Shown: in pieces, positions 44,983 through 45,089 of the stretch
How positions within the stretch are numbered: the first letter of the stretch is position 1
How the letters are laid out: the number at the start of each line of letters is the position of its first letter
Virus record (IMG/VR): IMGVR_UViG_3300020381_000857
Coordinates: 1-45,089 of that record
Reading direction: 5' to 3' (one strand)
From: a virus
Taxonomy: Duplodnaviria; Caudoviricetes
DNA length: 45,089 nt
The notes under the pieces: model-generated
Database searches by the model: none
The model's input: only the letters and a program-made list of their open reading frames with translations
What the model was told of the DNA's origin: nothing
Translations under genes and position numbers: made by a program

Positions 44983-45089
44983 ATGAAAGCATTCGCAGTT
45001 GTCCTGCTCGCTCTTGGTGTATCAGCACCAGCATTCGCAGGCCCTTATGTATCCACCAAGGTAGCAGCCAAGGGTGAGAATTCAGACTT
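44983..45089 (+). CDS. Second signal-peptide protein, probable paralogue of 43730..44092 (truncated by the window edge)
   Basis: MKAFAVVLLALGVSAPAFA|GPYVSTKV shares AFAGPYV. Confidence 0.7.
   Translation, partial: MKAFAVVLLALGVSAPAFAGPYVSTKVAAKGENSD

Noticed and set aside
1-45089. tRNA or rRNA genes
   Set aside because: No cloverleaf with a T-loop (GTTCGA) and acceptor stem recognised in the few intergenic gaps; tRNAscan-SE would be decisive

Overview
AT-rich 45-kb segment of a T4-like marine cyanomyovirus (Kyanoviridae-like; the gene set and low GC point to a Prochlorococcus-type host, which is inference). In order: replication core (gp43 DNA polymerase, UvsX, gp41 helicase, MazG); a block of mostly late-promoter genes with Glu/Lys-rich probable internal head proteins, a KxDG ligase-like protein and a HIGH-type nucleotidyltransferase; gp61 primase, nrdA and nrdB; a reverse-strand mini tail-fibre plus glycine-rich adhesin cassette; an 18-kb surface-glycan island; then small outer-membrane beta-barrel-like genes and peptide deformylase. 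The island holds epimerases, glycosyltransferases, methyltransferases and a nonulosonic (sialic-like) acid module: NeuB synthase, cytidylyltransferase, aminotransferases and a CstII/Maf-like transferase. The strongest leads are that module, the ligase-like/nucleotidyltransferase pair, apparent avoidance of GGWCC (all 22 Gly-Pro junctions I found use GGG/GGC), a switch-like RNA leader, two NtcA boxes and a repeated palindrome upstream of two early promoters. I recognised no tRNA, rRNA, CRISPR array, intron or intein. All family calls come from motif recognition by eye; no database search was run.
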